This document shows positions 10,356-19,126 of a stretch of DNA of 64,000 bases, piece after piece; position 1 is the stretch's first letter, and each line of letters begins with the position of its first letter. This DNA is from Dehalococcoidia bacterium (GTDB lineage Bacteria > Chloroflexota > Dehalococcoidia > SM23-28-2 > RBG-16-64-32). The notes beneath the pieces are model-generated. The model had not been told where the DNA came from and did no database searches. It was given only the letters and a program-made list of their open reading frames with translations. The stretch is taken from NCBI GenBank assembly GCA_963665775.2, contig CAXXTF010000002.1, positions 1,024,001 through 1,088,000 on the forward strand, written 5' to 3'. A program made the position numbers and the translations under genes.

Positions 10356-11489
10356 ATGACGGCGACCGTAACCTCGGTCGACGGCAAAGGCGACCTGGAA
10401 GCCTTCCTCAGGCTGCCCTGGCGGCTCTATGACGGCGACCCGAACTGGGTCCCGCCCCTGCTGCGGCTCCTCCGAGAAGAGCTCTCGCCACGCCACAACC
10501 CGTTCTTCCAGCATGCCGATGTCCAGCTCTTCCTCGCCAGACGCGACGGTCAGGTAGTGGGCCGCCTCTCCGCCCAGATAGATCACGAGCACAATCGGTA
10601 CCACAAAGAGCGCACCGGCTTCTTCGGCTTCTTCGAGGCGGAGAACGACCCGGAGGTCGCCGCGGCCCTCCTGGGCAGGGCCGAGGAGTGGCTCCGCCAG
10701 CGGGGCATGGACCGGGTGCGAGGTCCCCTCAGCTTCTCCATAAACGGCGAGGTCGGCTTCCTGGTCGAAGGCTTCGACTCACCGCCGATGATTATGATGC
10801 CGTACACGCGGCCCCACTATCTCGACCTGCTCGAGCAGAGCGGTTATGTCAAGGCGCAGGACCTCTTCGCCTGGCGCTGGGAGCGTCAGCCGGTCCCTGA
10901 AGGTCCGGCCCGCATTGTGAAGGAGCTTCGTGAGAGGCCGGAGGTGAAGGTGCGGAGGGCCAACCTGCGCCGCTTCGATGAAGAGATGCACACTATCCTC
11001 GATCTGTTCAACGAGGCCTGGAGCGAAACCTGGGGCTTCGTCCCTGCCACTGAGGCCGAGGCGAAGAAGCTGGCCCGGGAGATCCGTCTCATCGCCGACA
11101 CCAATATCGTTCCCATGGTGGAGATCGACGGCAAGGTAGCAGCCGTGGCCCTCGGCCTCCCCAACCTCAACGAGGCGATCCACGACCTGAATGGCCGCCT
11201 CTTCCCCATCGGTTTCATCAAGCTCCTCTGGCGCCTCAAGGTGCGGCGGCCGAAGAACGGGCGTCTCATCCTTCTGGGGGTGAAGAAGGAGTTCCGCAAC
11301 CGACGCTACGCCGGACTGGCCTATCTCCTCTGCGACGAGATCTATCGCGGCGCCAAGGCGAGCGGCTATGAATGGGCGGAGTTCTCCTGGACACTGGAGG
11401 ATAACCGGCTCATTAACACCATGATCCAGAACGTAGGCTGCGAACGCTACAAGACTTATCGCGTCTACGAGAAGGCTCTGGCGACATGA
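10356..11489 (+). CDS. GNAT-fold N-acyltransferase, bacterial ceramide synthase (bCerS) family
   Basis: FLRLPWRLY..DPNWVPPL, NPFFQHA, GFFGFFE, RGPLSFSIN..GFLVEGFD..MMPY, YVKAQDL, FNEAWSETWGFVP, EFSWTLEDN. Starts 23 nt after the spt stop. Confidence 0.8.
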   Translation: MTATVTSVDGKGDLEAFLRLPWRLYDGDPNWVPPLLRLLREELSPRHNPFFQHADVQLFLARRDGQVVGRLSAQIDHEHNRYHKERTGFFGFFEAENDPEVAAALLGRAEEWLRQRGMDRVRGPLSFSINGEVGFLVEGFDSPPMIMMPYTRPHYLDLLEQSGYVKAQDLFAWRWERQPVPEGPARIVKELRERPEVKVRRANLRRFDEEMHTILDLFNEAWSETWGFVPATEAEAKKLAREIRLIADTNIVPMVEIDGKVAAVALGLPNLNEAIHDLNGRLFPIGFIKLLWRLKVRRPKNGRLILLGVKKEFRNRRYAGLAYLLCDEIYRGAKASGYEWAEFSWTLEDNRLINTMIQNVGCERYKTYRVYEKALAT

Positions 11490-12469
11490 GGGTGCTGGTC
11501 ACCGGCGCCACCGGCTTCCTGGGCTCACACATCGCGGAGCAGCTAGCCAGGGACGGCCACAGCGTCCGGACGTTGGTGCGCCGGAGCAGCAACCGCCGCT
11601 TCCTGGCAGCCTTCCCTCATGAAGAGGCGATAGGAGACGTGACCGACCCCTCGTCTCTGCCCCAGGCCCTGGACTCGGTCGATGTCGTAGTCCACGCCGC
11701 CGGTCTCGTGAAGGCCCGCAGCGCCGCCCAGTTCGATGCCGTGAACGCCGGTGGCACGGCCAACCTGCTGGCCGCCGCGGACGAGGCGACACCCGACCTT
11801 CGCCGCTTCGTCTATATCTCCAGCCTTGCCGCTCATGGCCCCAGCGAGGACGGCCGGCCCCGCCCCGTGGACGCCCCAGCCAATCCCCTCACCGCTTACG
11901 GCCGAAGCAAGCTCCGCGGCGAGGAGCTGGTTGGCGCCTGGAGCGGATCGAGCCGCGCCGTGATCATCCGGCCCGCGACGGTCTACGGCCCACGCGATCC
12001 TGGGCTACTGCCGTTCTTCAGCCTGACTCGCTGGCGGCTCGCCCCGCTGCTGATGGGCGGACGCAATCGCATCTCCATCATCTATGCGGAGGACGCCGCC
12101 CGCGCCATCGCCCAGACCTGCACCGCCGAGGCGGAGGTAGCCGGCAAGACCTATTTCCTGGACGACGGCAACGTCTACTCCTGGCGCGACCTCCTGGCCG
12201 CCGTCGAGGAGGCAGTGGGGCACAGGGCACTCCGCCTCAATTCCCCCCACTTTGCCTTCAATGCCGCCGCCCTGGTCAGCGAGACCTACGGCTTCATCCT
12301 GCGCCGCCCCGTCATGCTGACCCGCGAAAAGGTGCTGGAGATGAGCCAGCCCTACTGGGTCTGCTCCTGCGAGATGCTAAGGCAGGACATCGGCTGGTCT
12401 CCCCAGATCGATATCACAGAGGGAGCGAAGCTGACGGCCCAGTGGTATCGGCAGCAGCGCTGGCTCTAG
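11486..12469 (+). CDS. NAD-dependent epimerase/dehydratase (extended SDR), putative ceramide reductase (CerR-like)
   Basis: TGATGFLG Rossmann motif, HAAG, YISSLAA, catalytic YGRSK, RPATVYGP. ATGA overlap with the upstream gene. The CerR function is inferred from context. Confidence 0.72.
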   Translation: MRVLVTGATGFLGSHIAEQLARDGHSVRTLVRRSSNRRFLAAFPHEEAIGDVTDPSSLPQALDSVDVVVHAAGLVKARSAAQFDAVNAGGTANLLAAADEATPDLRRFVYISSLAAHGPSEDGRPRPVDAPANPLTAYGRSKLRGEELVGAWSGSSRAVIIRPATVYGPRDPGLLPFFSLTRWRLAPLLMGGRNRISIIYAEDAARAIAQTCTAEAEVAGKTYFLDDGNVYSWRDLLAAVEEAVGHRALRLNSPHFAFNAAALVSETYGFILRRPVMLTREKVLEMSQPYWVCSCEMLRQDIGWSPQIDITEGAKLTAQWYRQQRWL

Positions 12470-12486
12470 GCTCTAGAAGTCCCGCC

Positions 12487-13575
12487 CTACCGGCCAACAG
12501 GGGGCTCAGGGGCAGCCGCCTCCAGAGCGGAGGCCTCCCCAGGCCCACCAGCAGGCTTCCGCAGGGTGAGGATATCGGCGGGGCGCAGCCGTAAGCCAAA
12601 CGCCGCCATGGGCCCCGCAACGATGTAGGGCAGGACGAAGAACAGGTGCGCGAAGATGGCGTAGGCGGCGGCTTCCGCTTCCCCGACACCGAAGGCGAGC
12701 AGAAGCCCGGCGATCGCCACCTCGAAGACGCCCAGGCCGGCGAACGTAAAGGGCACCGAGAACGCCACAGCCGCGGCCACCACGACCAGCAAATAGACCG
12801 CCGGCGATATCTCCAGTCCCAGCGCTCGGCCAAAGCAGTAGTACATGAAAGCTTCCAGGAGCCAGGCTGCGTGAGCGCTCCAGCCTATCTGAAGGAGGGC
12901 AGATGGCCGGCGCAACGCCTGTAGTCCGTCCGCGAAGCCCTGGATCTCCCGTCCTACCCAGGCGCGCAGCCGTCCCTGCCCCGCTCGATCCGGCGAGACG
13001 GCCCAGCGCCCAGCGTGTGTTATCAGGTGACGAGCGCTAAAGGCGCCCGCAAGGATGAGCGCCCAATAGCCGATGGCCAGAGGCCATAGCATGGCCGCCT
13101 CCTCAAACAGCAGAAACCCCACCACAATGAAGGTGGAGAAGACGACCACATCCGCCAGCTTCTCGGTGACGATCGTCGCCGCAATGCTGGAAGCGTTGAG
13201 CCCAGTGCGCCTGCGCACAACCTGAACGCGAACGATCTCGCCGACGCGGAAGGGGAGAACGATGTTGGTGGATACGCCCAGCAGGGCCGTGCCGAATAGG
13301 AAAGTCACGCCCACATTTCGCATGGGCCTCAGGAGAGCCTGCCAGCGGATGGCACGGAACCAGTCGGAGGCGATATTAGCGGCGAAGGCCAGAGGCAGCC
13401 AGATAAGGTCAGCCTGCCCGATCTGCGCCCGAACAACGGCCCGGTCAACGCTAAGGAGGAGCGCCGTCAGGAGGCCGCCGGCCAGGGCCAGCTGCACCAG
13501 CAGGCGAAGGAGCGGATACACCCCTCGGTGCAGCCTAGGGGCCCCCTCGGCCGCGATCTCCTTCTGGTACTCCAT
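12487..13575 (-). CDS. Lysylphosphatidylglycerol synthase TM-domain / flippase-like membrane protein (UPF0104)
   Basis: Multi-TM protein with RAIRWQALL, NIVLPFRVGEIVR, TEKLAD and PFTFAGLGVFE motifs. Confidence 0.85.
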   Translation of the reverse strand: MEYQKEIAAEGAPRLHRGVYPLLRLLVQLALAGGLLTALLLSVDRAVVRAQIGQADLIWLPLAFAANIASDWFRAIRWQALLRPMRNVGVTFLFGTALLGVSTNIVLPFRVGEIVRVQVVRRRTGLNASSIAATIVTEKLADVVVFSTFIVVGFLLFEEAAMLWPLAIGYWALILAGAFSARHLITHAGRWAVSPDRAGQGRLRAWVGREIQGFADGLQALRRPSALLQIGWSAHAAWLLEAFMYYCFGRALGLEISPAVYLLVVVAAAVAFSVPFTFAGLGVFEVAIAGLLLAFGVGEAEAAAYAIFAHLFFVLPYIVAGPMAAFGLRLRPADILTLRKPAGGPGEASALEAAAPEPPVGR

Positions 13576-13763
13576 CTTGCTGGCATTCTAACCGGAGACA
13601 GCCTTACAGTCGATACGCTTCCGAGATACGCCCCCGTACGGGCGGGAAGGAGGTGGCGCCCGGCAAACTCCCCAGCCCCGGATCGTCGAACGTGTTCATG
13701 AGGATCGACCCGCCCGTAGCGTGCTCTCGAACCCCCACCCGATCGGCGGCGAAAATCGAGGGT

Positions 13764-14396
13764 CTATCGCGCCCGCAGGACGCGCTCGGCGGCGATGGCC
13801 GGGAGGAGGAGGAGAAGGGCCCAGGCATAGCCGCCCAGGATGTCGCTGGGCCAGTGGACGCCCAGGTAAACGTTGGCCGGCCCGTTGAAGAGCAGGACGA
13901 CGAGCGAGGAGAGAGCGAGGGGCCAGCGGGCCGCGGTGGCCAGAGGAAGCGCGAAGGATAAGTACAGCAAGAAACCGTACAGGTAGGTGCCGCTCATAAC
14001 GTGGCCCGACGGGAAGCTAGGGCTGGAGAAAGACGCTCGCAGCTCCACCACCTCCGGGTCCGGGCGCGGCCGGTCCACGAGATCCTTGACCCCGACCTGG
14101 AGGAGAGGCAGCAGGACGAGTGCCGCGGCTAGCAGTACCGCCTGCCGCCGATGCCCCCGAGCCCAGAGCACGAGAGCTACAGCCGCCCCGAGGCCGAGGA
14201 CCACCTCGGTGGCGGTGACGGCCCGGATGGCGTCCGAAAGAGGCTCACCGGGGAAAGCGAGGTCCTGAGCCCAGGTAGCAATGCCCGCGTCTCCAGGCAG
14301 CGTATCGTGGGCAGCAGCCAGGGAGGAGAGGGCCACAGTGAGGCTCAAGAGGACCAACCAGAGCCCGACAGCGATGGTCTGAACGGGCGGCGACAT
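13764..14396 (-). CDS. PAP2-family membrane phosphatase
   Basis: KDLVDRPRP, SFPSGH and NVYLGVHWPSD motifs. The usual SR of motif 3 reads AN here. Confidence 0.88.
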   Translation of the reverse strand: MSPPVQTIAVGLWLVLLSLTVALSSLAAAHDTLPGDAGIATWAQDLAFPGEPLSDAIRAVTATEVVLGLGAAVALVLWARGHRRQAVLLAAALVLLPLLQVGVKDLVDRPRPDPEVVELRASFSSPSFPSGHVMSGTYLYGFLLYLSFALPLATAARWPLALSSLVVLLFNGPANVYLGVHWPSDILGGYAWALLLLLPAIAAERVLRAR

Positions 14397-14489
14397 GAGC
14401 CTCTCCGGTCGACTTGAGCTGGACAGCGCTTAGGGCGGCGAGACCCCGTTCTCGATCCCCGGCCGGCTCGGGAAGTCGGCTTCCACCGA

Positions 14490-15917
14490 TCAGTGTTCGC
14501 CGCGCAGGCGGTGGATCTTCAGGAAGTTGGTCCAGCCTCGGGCCCGAATGGGGGACGAGCGCGCGACGACTACGGTATCGCGAGGGCGCAGGAGGCGGCG
14601 GGCGGTCAGCGAGGTGTCCGCGGCATCGATCATCTCCTCCGCGCTGCCAGGGAAGGGCAACAGTATAGGGACCACACCCCACGAGAGGGCCAACTGGTTA
14701 TACACCTGCCGGCTGGGGGTGAGGGCGAAAACGGGTACCCTGGGCCTCTCCTTGGACACGAGGCGGGCCGAGTAGCCGCTGCGGGTGAAGACGATGATCG
14801 CATCAGCGGCGATCTCCTGGGCCAGGGTGCAGGCGGCGCGGCCCATAGCATGGGCGTGGCCCAGGCGGCTGAGCTCGGTGTGGGCCGGGAGGGCATCTGC
14901 CGTCTCCGCCTGCACCGCGATCCGGCCCATCATGGCTACGGTCTGGGCCGGATAACGTCCGATCGCCGTCTCGCCGGAGAGCATGACCGCATCGGTGCCA
15001 TCAAGGATGGCGTTGGCCACATCGGAGACCTCGGCGCGGGTGGGCCGTGGACTCTCGACCATCGACTCCAGCATCTGGGTGGCGGTGATGACTAGAATGC
15101 CGGCCTGGTTGGCTCGTCGAATGATCTCCTTCTGCAGCAGGGGCACCTCCTCGAGAGGGAACCCGAGGCCGAGGTCGCCGCGGGCCACCATAACGCCGTC
15201 AGCGGCGGCTATGATCCCGTCCAGGTGATCGATCGCCTCTCGCCTCTCCAGCTTGGCGATGACCGGCAGTCGCCGGCCCCCATCGCTCATGGCCCGCTTG
15301 AGAAGGCGAACGTCGTCGGCGTTCCGGACGAAGGAGAGGGCCACATAGTCCAAGCCAAGGCTAAGACCGAACTTCAGATCAGCGATGTCCTTCTCAGTGA
15401 GGGGAGGGGCGCTCAAGGCCACGTCGGGTAGGTACAGCCCTTGATTCCCCTTGAGCGGGCCGCCCCGGGTCACGCGGGTGAGCACGTCCGGGCCGCTGAC
15501 TGAGAGCACCGTCAGCTCCAGCTCCCCATCGCCCAAGATGATGCGGTCGCCGGGGCTCACCTCGCGCGGGAGCGGCGGATAGCTTACGGGGATCGCGCTC
15601 TTGTCGCTGACGCCAGCTCTGGTTGTAAGGGTCGCCTCCGCCCCTTCCACCAGCAGCCTGGCCTCCCCAACCGAGGAGGCGACGCGGATCTTCGGTCCCT
15701 GAAGGTCCTGTATTATCGCTACCGGCCTCTCCATCTCCTGCGCTAGCCTTCGGACCAGGCGAACGGCGCGGCTGTGTTCGCTCTGGCTGCCGTGGGAGAA
15801 GTTCAGCCGCACCGCGTCGGTGCCGGCCTCGAGAAGGGCACGGACAGCGGCCTCGCCGGCGGTGGAGGGGCCCAGAGTAGCGACGATCTTCGTCCGGCGA
15901 GGGACGGTATCTTCCAT
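14490..15917 (-). CDS. pyk: Pyruvate kinase
   Basis: RRTKIVATLGP, RLNFSHG, DLQGPKIR, MVARGDLG, ATQMLESM, PTRAEVSDVANA, MLSGETA. Confidence 0.97.
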   Translation of the reverse strand: MEDTVPRRTKIVATLGPSTAGEAAVRALLEAGTDAVRLNFSHGSQSEHSRAVRLVRRLAQEMERPVAIIQDLQGPKIRVASSVGEARLLVEGAEATLTTRAGVSDKSAIPVSYPPLPREVSPGDRIILGDGELELTVLSVSGPDVLTRVTRGGPLKGNQGLYLPDVALSAPPLTEKDIADLKFGLSLGLDYVALSFVRNADDVRLLKRAMSDGGRRLPVIAKLERREAIDHLDGIIAAADGVMVARGDLGLGFPLEEVPLLQKEIIRRANQAGILVITATQMLESMVESPRPTRAEVSDVANAILDGTDAVMLSGETAIGRYPAQTVAMMGRIAVQAETADALPAHTELSRLGHAHAMGRAACTLAQEIAADAIIVFTRSGYSARLVSKERPRVPVFALTPSRQVYNQLALSWGVVPILLPFPGSAEEMIDAADTSLTARRLLRPRDTVVVARSSPIRARGWTNFLKIHRLRGEH

Positions 15918-15921
15918 GGGC

Positions 15922-16557
15922 TCAGGGGAGGCTGTCCAAGAGGAACACGCGGGCCGGTGCTCCGTCGGCGCCGACCACTTTCAAGGGGGCGCCGACCAGG
16001 AAGTAGGGGCCCGGCGCCACACGCCGCAGATCCAGCCCCTCCAGGATGACCACTCCCGCCTCCAGAAGGAGCTTGTGCACCTCGTGAGTAGGCGAGCGGA
16101 ACCGCTCGATGGAGAGGTAGTCGATGCCGACCAGGACAATTCCGCGCTGGAGCAGCCAGGGGGCGGCATCGCCGGCGAGGGCGACAAAGTCACTGTGAAA
16201 CTCGGTGTCATCCCAAAAGCGGCCATTGGTGGTCTTGAGGAGGAGGCGCCGGACGTCTGTGGGCAGCCCAGCGCCCTCCAGGTCGGCCGCCGTGATGTGG
16301 TCGGCCCCTGTGTGCTCCATAACGTGGGCGGGGCCCACCAGGGCGTCCAGAGGCAACGCCTCCACAGTTGAGGCACCATCGAGGAAGTGATGGGGGGCGT
16401 CAACGTGGGTGCCGGTGTGGGAGCCAAGGGAGAGGACGCTCACGTTGGCCGAGTCGCCGCGAGCCATACGCGAGGGGAAGTCGAGGCGAGGGCCGGGCTC
16501 GCCGGCGTAAGTCGGCATATCGGGGCGCAGAGCAACGGAGACATCGTAGACGGCCAA
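15922..16557 (-). CDS. Cyclase family metal-dependent hydrolase (kynurenine formamidase-like)
   Basis: HTGTHVDAPHH, GIDYLS, ILEGLDL, GADGAPARV. AAGGAGG RBS before a TTG start. Confidence 0.88.
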   Translation of the reverse strand: MAVYDVSVALRPDMPTYAGEPGPRLDFPSRMARGDSANVSVLSLGSHTGTHVDAPHHFLDGASTVEALPLDALVGPAHVMEHTGADHITAADLEGAGLPTDVRRLLLKTTNGRFWDDTEFHSDFVALAGDAAPWLLQRGIVLVGIDYLSIERFRSPTHEVHKLLLEAGVVILEGLDLRRVAPGPYFLVGAPLKVVGADGAPARVFLLDSLP

Positions 16558-16702
16558 GGGCAGCCTCCTTTACGTTCCTCCACCCATTATGGCATGGGCA
16601 GGGGACGCGTACTACCACTACCCTTGGGCGGGACGAGGGGAAAAGGCCCTACGTCAGGCAACTCCCAGACCGGCCGGCCGCCGAATCGAGCGCAAAAAAA
16701 AC

Positions 16703-16815
16703 GCTCCCCGAGTGACCTTTGGCTCCTCTGGTTGTCGGGTCTCGCCAGGACATCCAGTCGCCCTTCCGCTCGACGATTCCCTCCCGCTGGATTCGCCGCC
16801 GAACGCTCGGAGAGC
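16703..16815 (-). ncRNA. Candidate ~113-nt structured non-coding RNA, family unassigned (possibly short 6S-like)
   Basis: Begins 7 nt after a TTGACA-17-CACAAT promoter. The 5' GCUCUCCGAG pairs with the 3' CUCGGGGAGC (10 bp, one G-U) and is followed by U8. No credible ORF. Confidence 0.6.
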
Positions 16816-16821
16816 AGCGCT

Positions 16822-16850
16822 ATTGTGCTCTCAGTACGATAGCTTGTCAA
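16822..16850 (-). promoter_or_regulatory. Sigma70-type promoter of the candidate ncRNA
   Basis: -35 TTGACA (16850-16845), 17-nt spacer, -10 CACAAT (16827-16822). Confidence 0.65.
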
Positions 16851-16998
16851 GGACGTAGCGCGGCTTTCTGGAGGCCTGACCGCCAACGTTCGGCAGGCAT
16901 TCTCGCAAATCGTCTACCAGGCTGGTCCGTTCGCCAGGATGACGAGAGACGGTCACTACAAGAAATGCGAGCCGAACCCTTTTGAAAGCGCTAAGCCG

Positions 16999-18933
16999 CT
17001 AGGGCAGCTGCTCGTGCTTCAGCGCGGCGATGAAGGGGAGGCTACGGAACCTCTGATGAAAGTCCAGGCCGTAACCCACGACGAACTCGTCGGGGACCTC
17101 GAAGCCCACGTACTCCAGCGGCACATCGACGATGCGCCGGGCCCTCTTGTCCAGCAGGGCACACACTAGTATTGAGGCGGGACGCTTGGTATTGAGATAC
17201 TCCAGGATGTGATTGAGGGTCATCCCCGTGTCGACGATATCCTCCACTAGGATGACGTCACGACCCTTGATATTCTCATCCAGGTCCTTCAAGATGCGCA
17301 CCACCGGCGCCCCGTTCACATCGTAGGAGGAGATGGACATGAAGTCCACAATGGTGGGTACGGAGACGTGCCGCATCAGGTCCGCCATAAAGCAGAGAAC
17401 ACCCCGTAAAACACCGATGAGGATGGGCTCCTTGCCCGCGTAGTCACGGCTGATCTGCGCCCCCAGCTCCCCAACGCGCTGCTGGATGCGATTGGCGGTT
17501 ACCAGCACACGGCCGATTTCCGGAACCTGGTCCGGCGAGAGGGGGCCGTAGCCGTATTTGAGTAGAAGACGCAGGTAGTCGCGCTTCTTCAGCAGGATTA
17601 TATTGGTCTCCGGATAAAGCTCCTTGAGTAGCCTCATCTTGCGGTTCTTCTCTGCCGTGAGACCGGTCTTCAGGGTTGTGAGTTCCACGTACATGTTCAC
17701 GTCCGGCAGGTAGAAGTCCGGCGTGAAGGCCTCGGTGACCCGCCCGCGCTCCTGGCGCAAAGGGAAAGAACGGGGCTCGTAGTGCCAGTCGATACCGTAG
17801 AAGTCCAGGATGCGGGCGAACTCATACTCCGCCGGATGGGCGAAGGGCGGGGGTACCTCACCTTGCGGCGCGCCGGTAATTGGTGCCGGGAGTCGAGCCC
17901 TAGCGACCGGAGGACTAGGGCGGCGAGCCTCTGAGGCAGCCGCCTTCGGGACAACGACGTCGGCAGCGGCTTCCGGCGTCCGGCGACGCTGGCGGACGCC
18001 CCGCTGGCCACCAGCAGCCGCTTCGGGCGACGGCTCAGCAACCGCCGGACCGGCAGCCACCGGTTTAGGCGTCTCCTCCTTCTTCCTCCGACGCCCCCGG
18101 CTGGTGCGCGACGGCGCACGCTCCTCGACTTCCGCGACGGGAGCGGGAGTATGGAGAGCAATCGTCGGCACCGGCGAGGGAGCGGGCTCCGCCCCTGCCG
18201 CCTCCGAGGACCCACGATGACGGCGTCCTCCCCGACTACCCCGACGACGCTTCGGCTGCGCCTCTTGTTCGACGGGGGCGCCGGTATCCTGGGGCTGTGG
18301 CGCACGCTCCTCGACTTCCGCGACGGGAGTGGGAGTATGGAGAGCAATCGTCGGCACCGGCGAGGGAGCGGGCTCCGCCCCTGCCGCCTCCGAGGACCCA
18401 CGATGACGGCGTCCTCCCCGACTACCCCGACGACGCTTCGGCTGCGCCTCTTGTTCGACGGGGGCGCCGGTATCCTGGGGCTGTGGCGCACGCTCCTCGA
18501 CTTCCGCGACGGGAGTGGGAGTATGGAGAGCAATCGTCGGCACCGGCGAGAGAGCGGGCTCCGCTCCTACCGCCTCCGAGGCCCCACGATGACGGCGTCC
18601 TCCCCCGCTACCCCGGCGACGCTTCGGCTTCGCCTCCGGGGCCGACGGCGCTTCGGAGTCCTGGACTTGAGGCTGCCGTGGCGGGGTGTCCTGAGAATAC
18701 GCCGGAGCAGCCTCGGTAGGCGCCCCAGGCTGGTTGTGCCGGCGGCCGCCGCGCGCACCCCCACGTCGCCTGGGCTGCGGCTCAGATGGGGCTGCCGGCG
18801 CCGACTCGGGCAGCGCCGGCGGTGGAAGAGGAGGAAGGACGGGGTGACCTCTACGAGAAGCCAGACCTCTGATATCAGGGGCGGCGCTGGCGCCTCCCAC
18901 CGTCTCTATCGGATTATTAGTGGCACGTGCCAT
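16999..18933 (-). CDS. hpt: Hypoxanthine phosphoribosyltransferase fused to a PD-(D/E)xK-like domain and a long disordered N-terminus
   Basis: C-terminal HPRT motifs GVLRG, MSISSY, VILVEDIVDTGMTL, LLDK, FVVGYGLD. Middle domain FAHPAEYEFARILDFYGIDWHYEP..FTPDFYLP..YVELTT. N-terminal ~360 aa rich in Pro/Ala/Arg. Confidence 0.85.
   Translation of the reverse strand: MARATNNPIETVGGASAAPDIRGLASRRGHPVLPPLPPPALPESAPAAPSEPQPRRRGGARGGRRHNQPGAPTEAAPAYSQDTPPRQPQVQDSEAPSAPEAKPKRRRGSGGGRRHRGASEAVGAEPALSPVPTIALHTPTPVAEVEERAPQPQDTGAPVEQEAQPKRRRGSRGGRRHRGSSEAAGAEPAPSPVPTIALHTPTPVAEVEERAPQPQDTGAPVEQEAQPKRRRGSRGGRRHRGSSEAAGAEPAPSPVPTIALHTPAPVAEVEERAPSRTSRGRRRKKEETPKPVAAGPAVAEPSPEAAAGGQRGVRQRRRTPEAAADVVVPKAAASEARRPSPPVARARLPAPITGAPQGEVPPPFAHPAEYEFARILDFYGIDWHYEPRSFPLRQERGRVTEAFTPDFYLPDVNMYVELTTLKTGLTAEKNRKMRLLKELYPETNIILLKKRDYLRLLLKYGYGPLSPDQVPEIGRVLVTANRIQQRVGELGAQISRDYAGKEPILIGVLRGVLCFMADLMRHVSVPTIVDFMSISSYDVNGAPVVRILKDLDENIKGRDVILVEDIVDTGMTLNHILEYLNTKRPASILVCALLDKRARRIVDVPLEYVGFEVPDEFVVGYGLDFHQRFRSLPFIAALKHEQLP
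18113..18636. repeat. 186-bp (62-codon) tandem repeat, about 2.8 copies, within the hpt fusion
   Basis: Units start at 18113, 18299 and 18485 (GGCGCACGCTCCTCGACTTCC). The first two are nearly identical; the third is partial and more diverged. Confidence 0.93.
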
Positions 18934-19126
18934 CTGCCAGCATTGTACGGCACTGCCCGCTCAAATGCTATAGCGGTTTGATAAAACTTATCAACAGCTG
19001 CGGATGTACCGGCGGGCACTGAGGACGGCCACTCACCTTGGCTTGTCCCCCATTTTGGGCGATAATGGCGAGGCATCGCCAGGGATTGATCCCTGATGGA
19101 CCTACGATATCTGGAGACACGATCTG

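Noticed and set aside
16703-16815. SRP (4.5S) RNA assignment for the candidate ncRNA
   Set aside because: The length fits, but the CAGG..GNRA..AGCAG domain IV motif is missing.
18113-18636. CRISPR array
   Set aside because: The repeat units are 186 bp, contiguous, coding and have no spacers. No cas genes are present.
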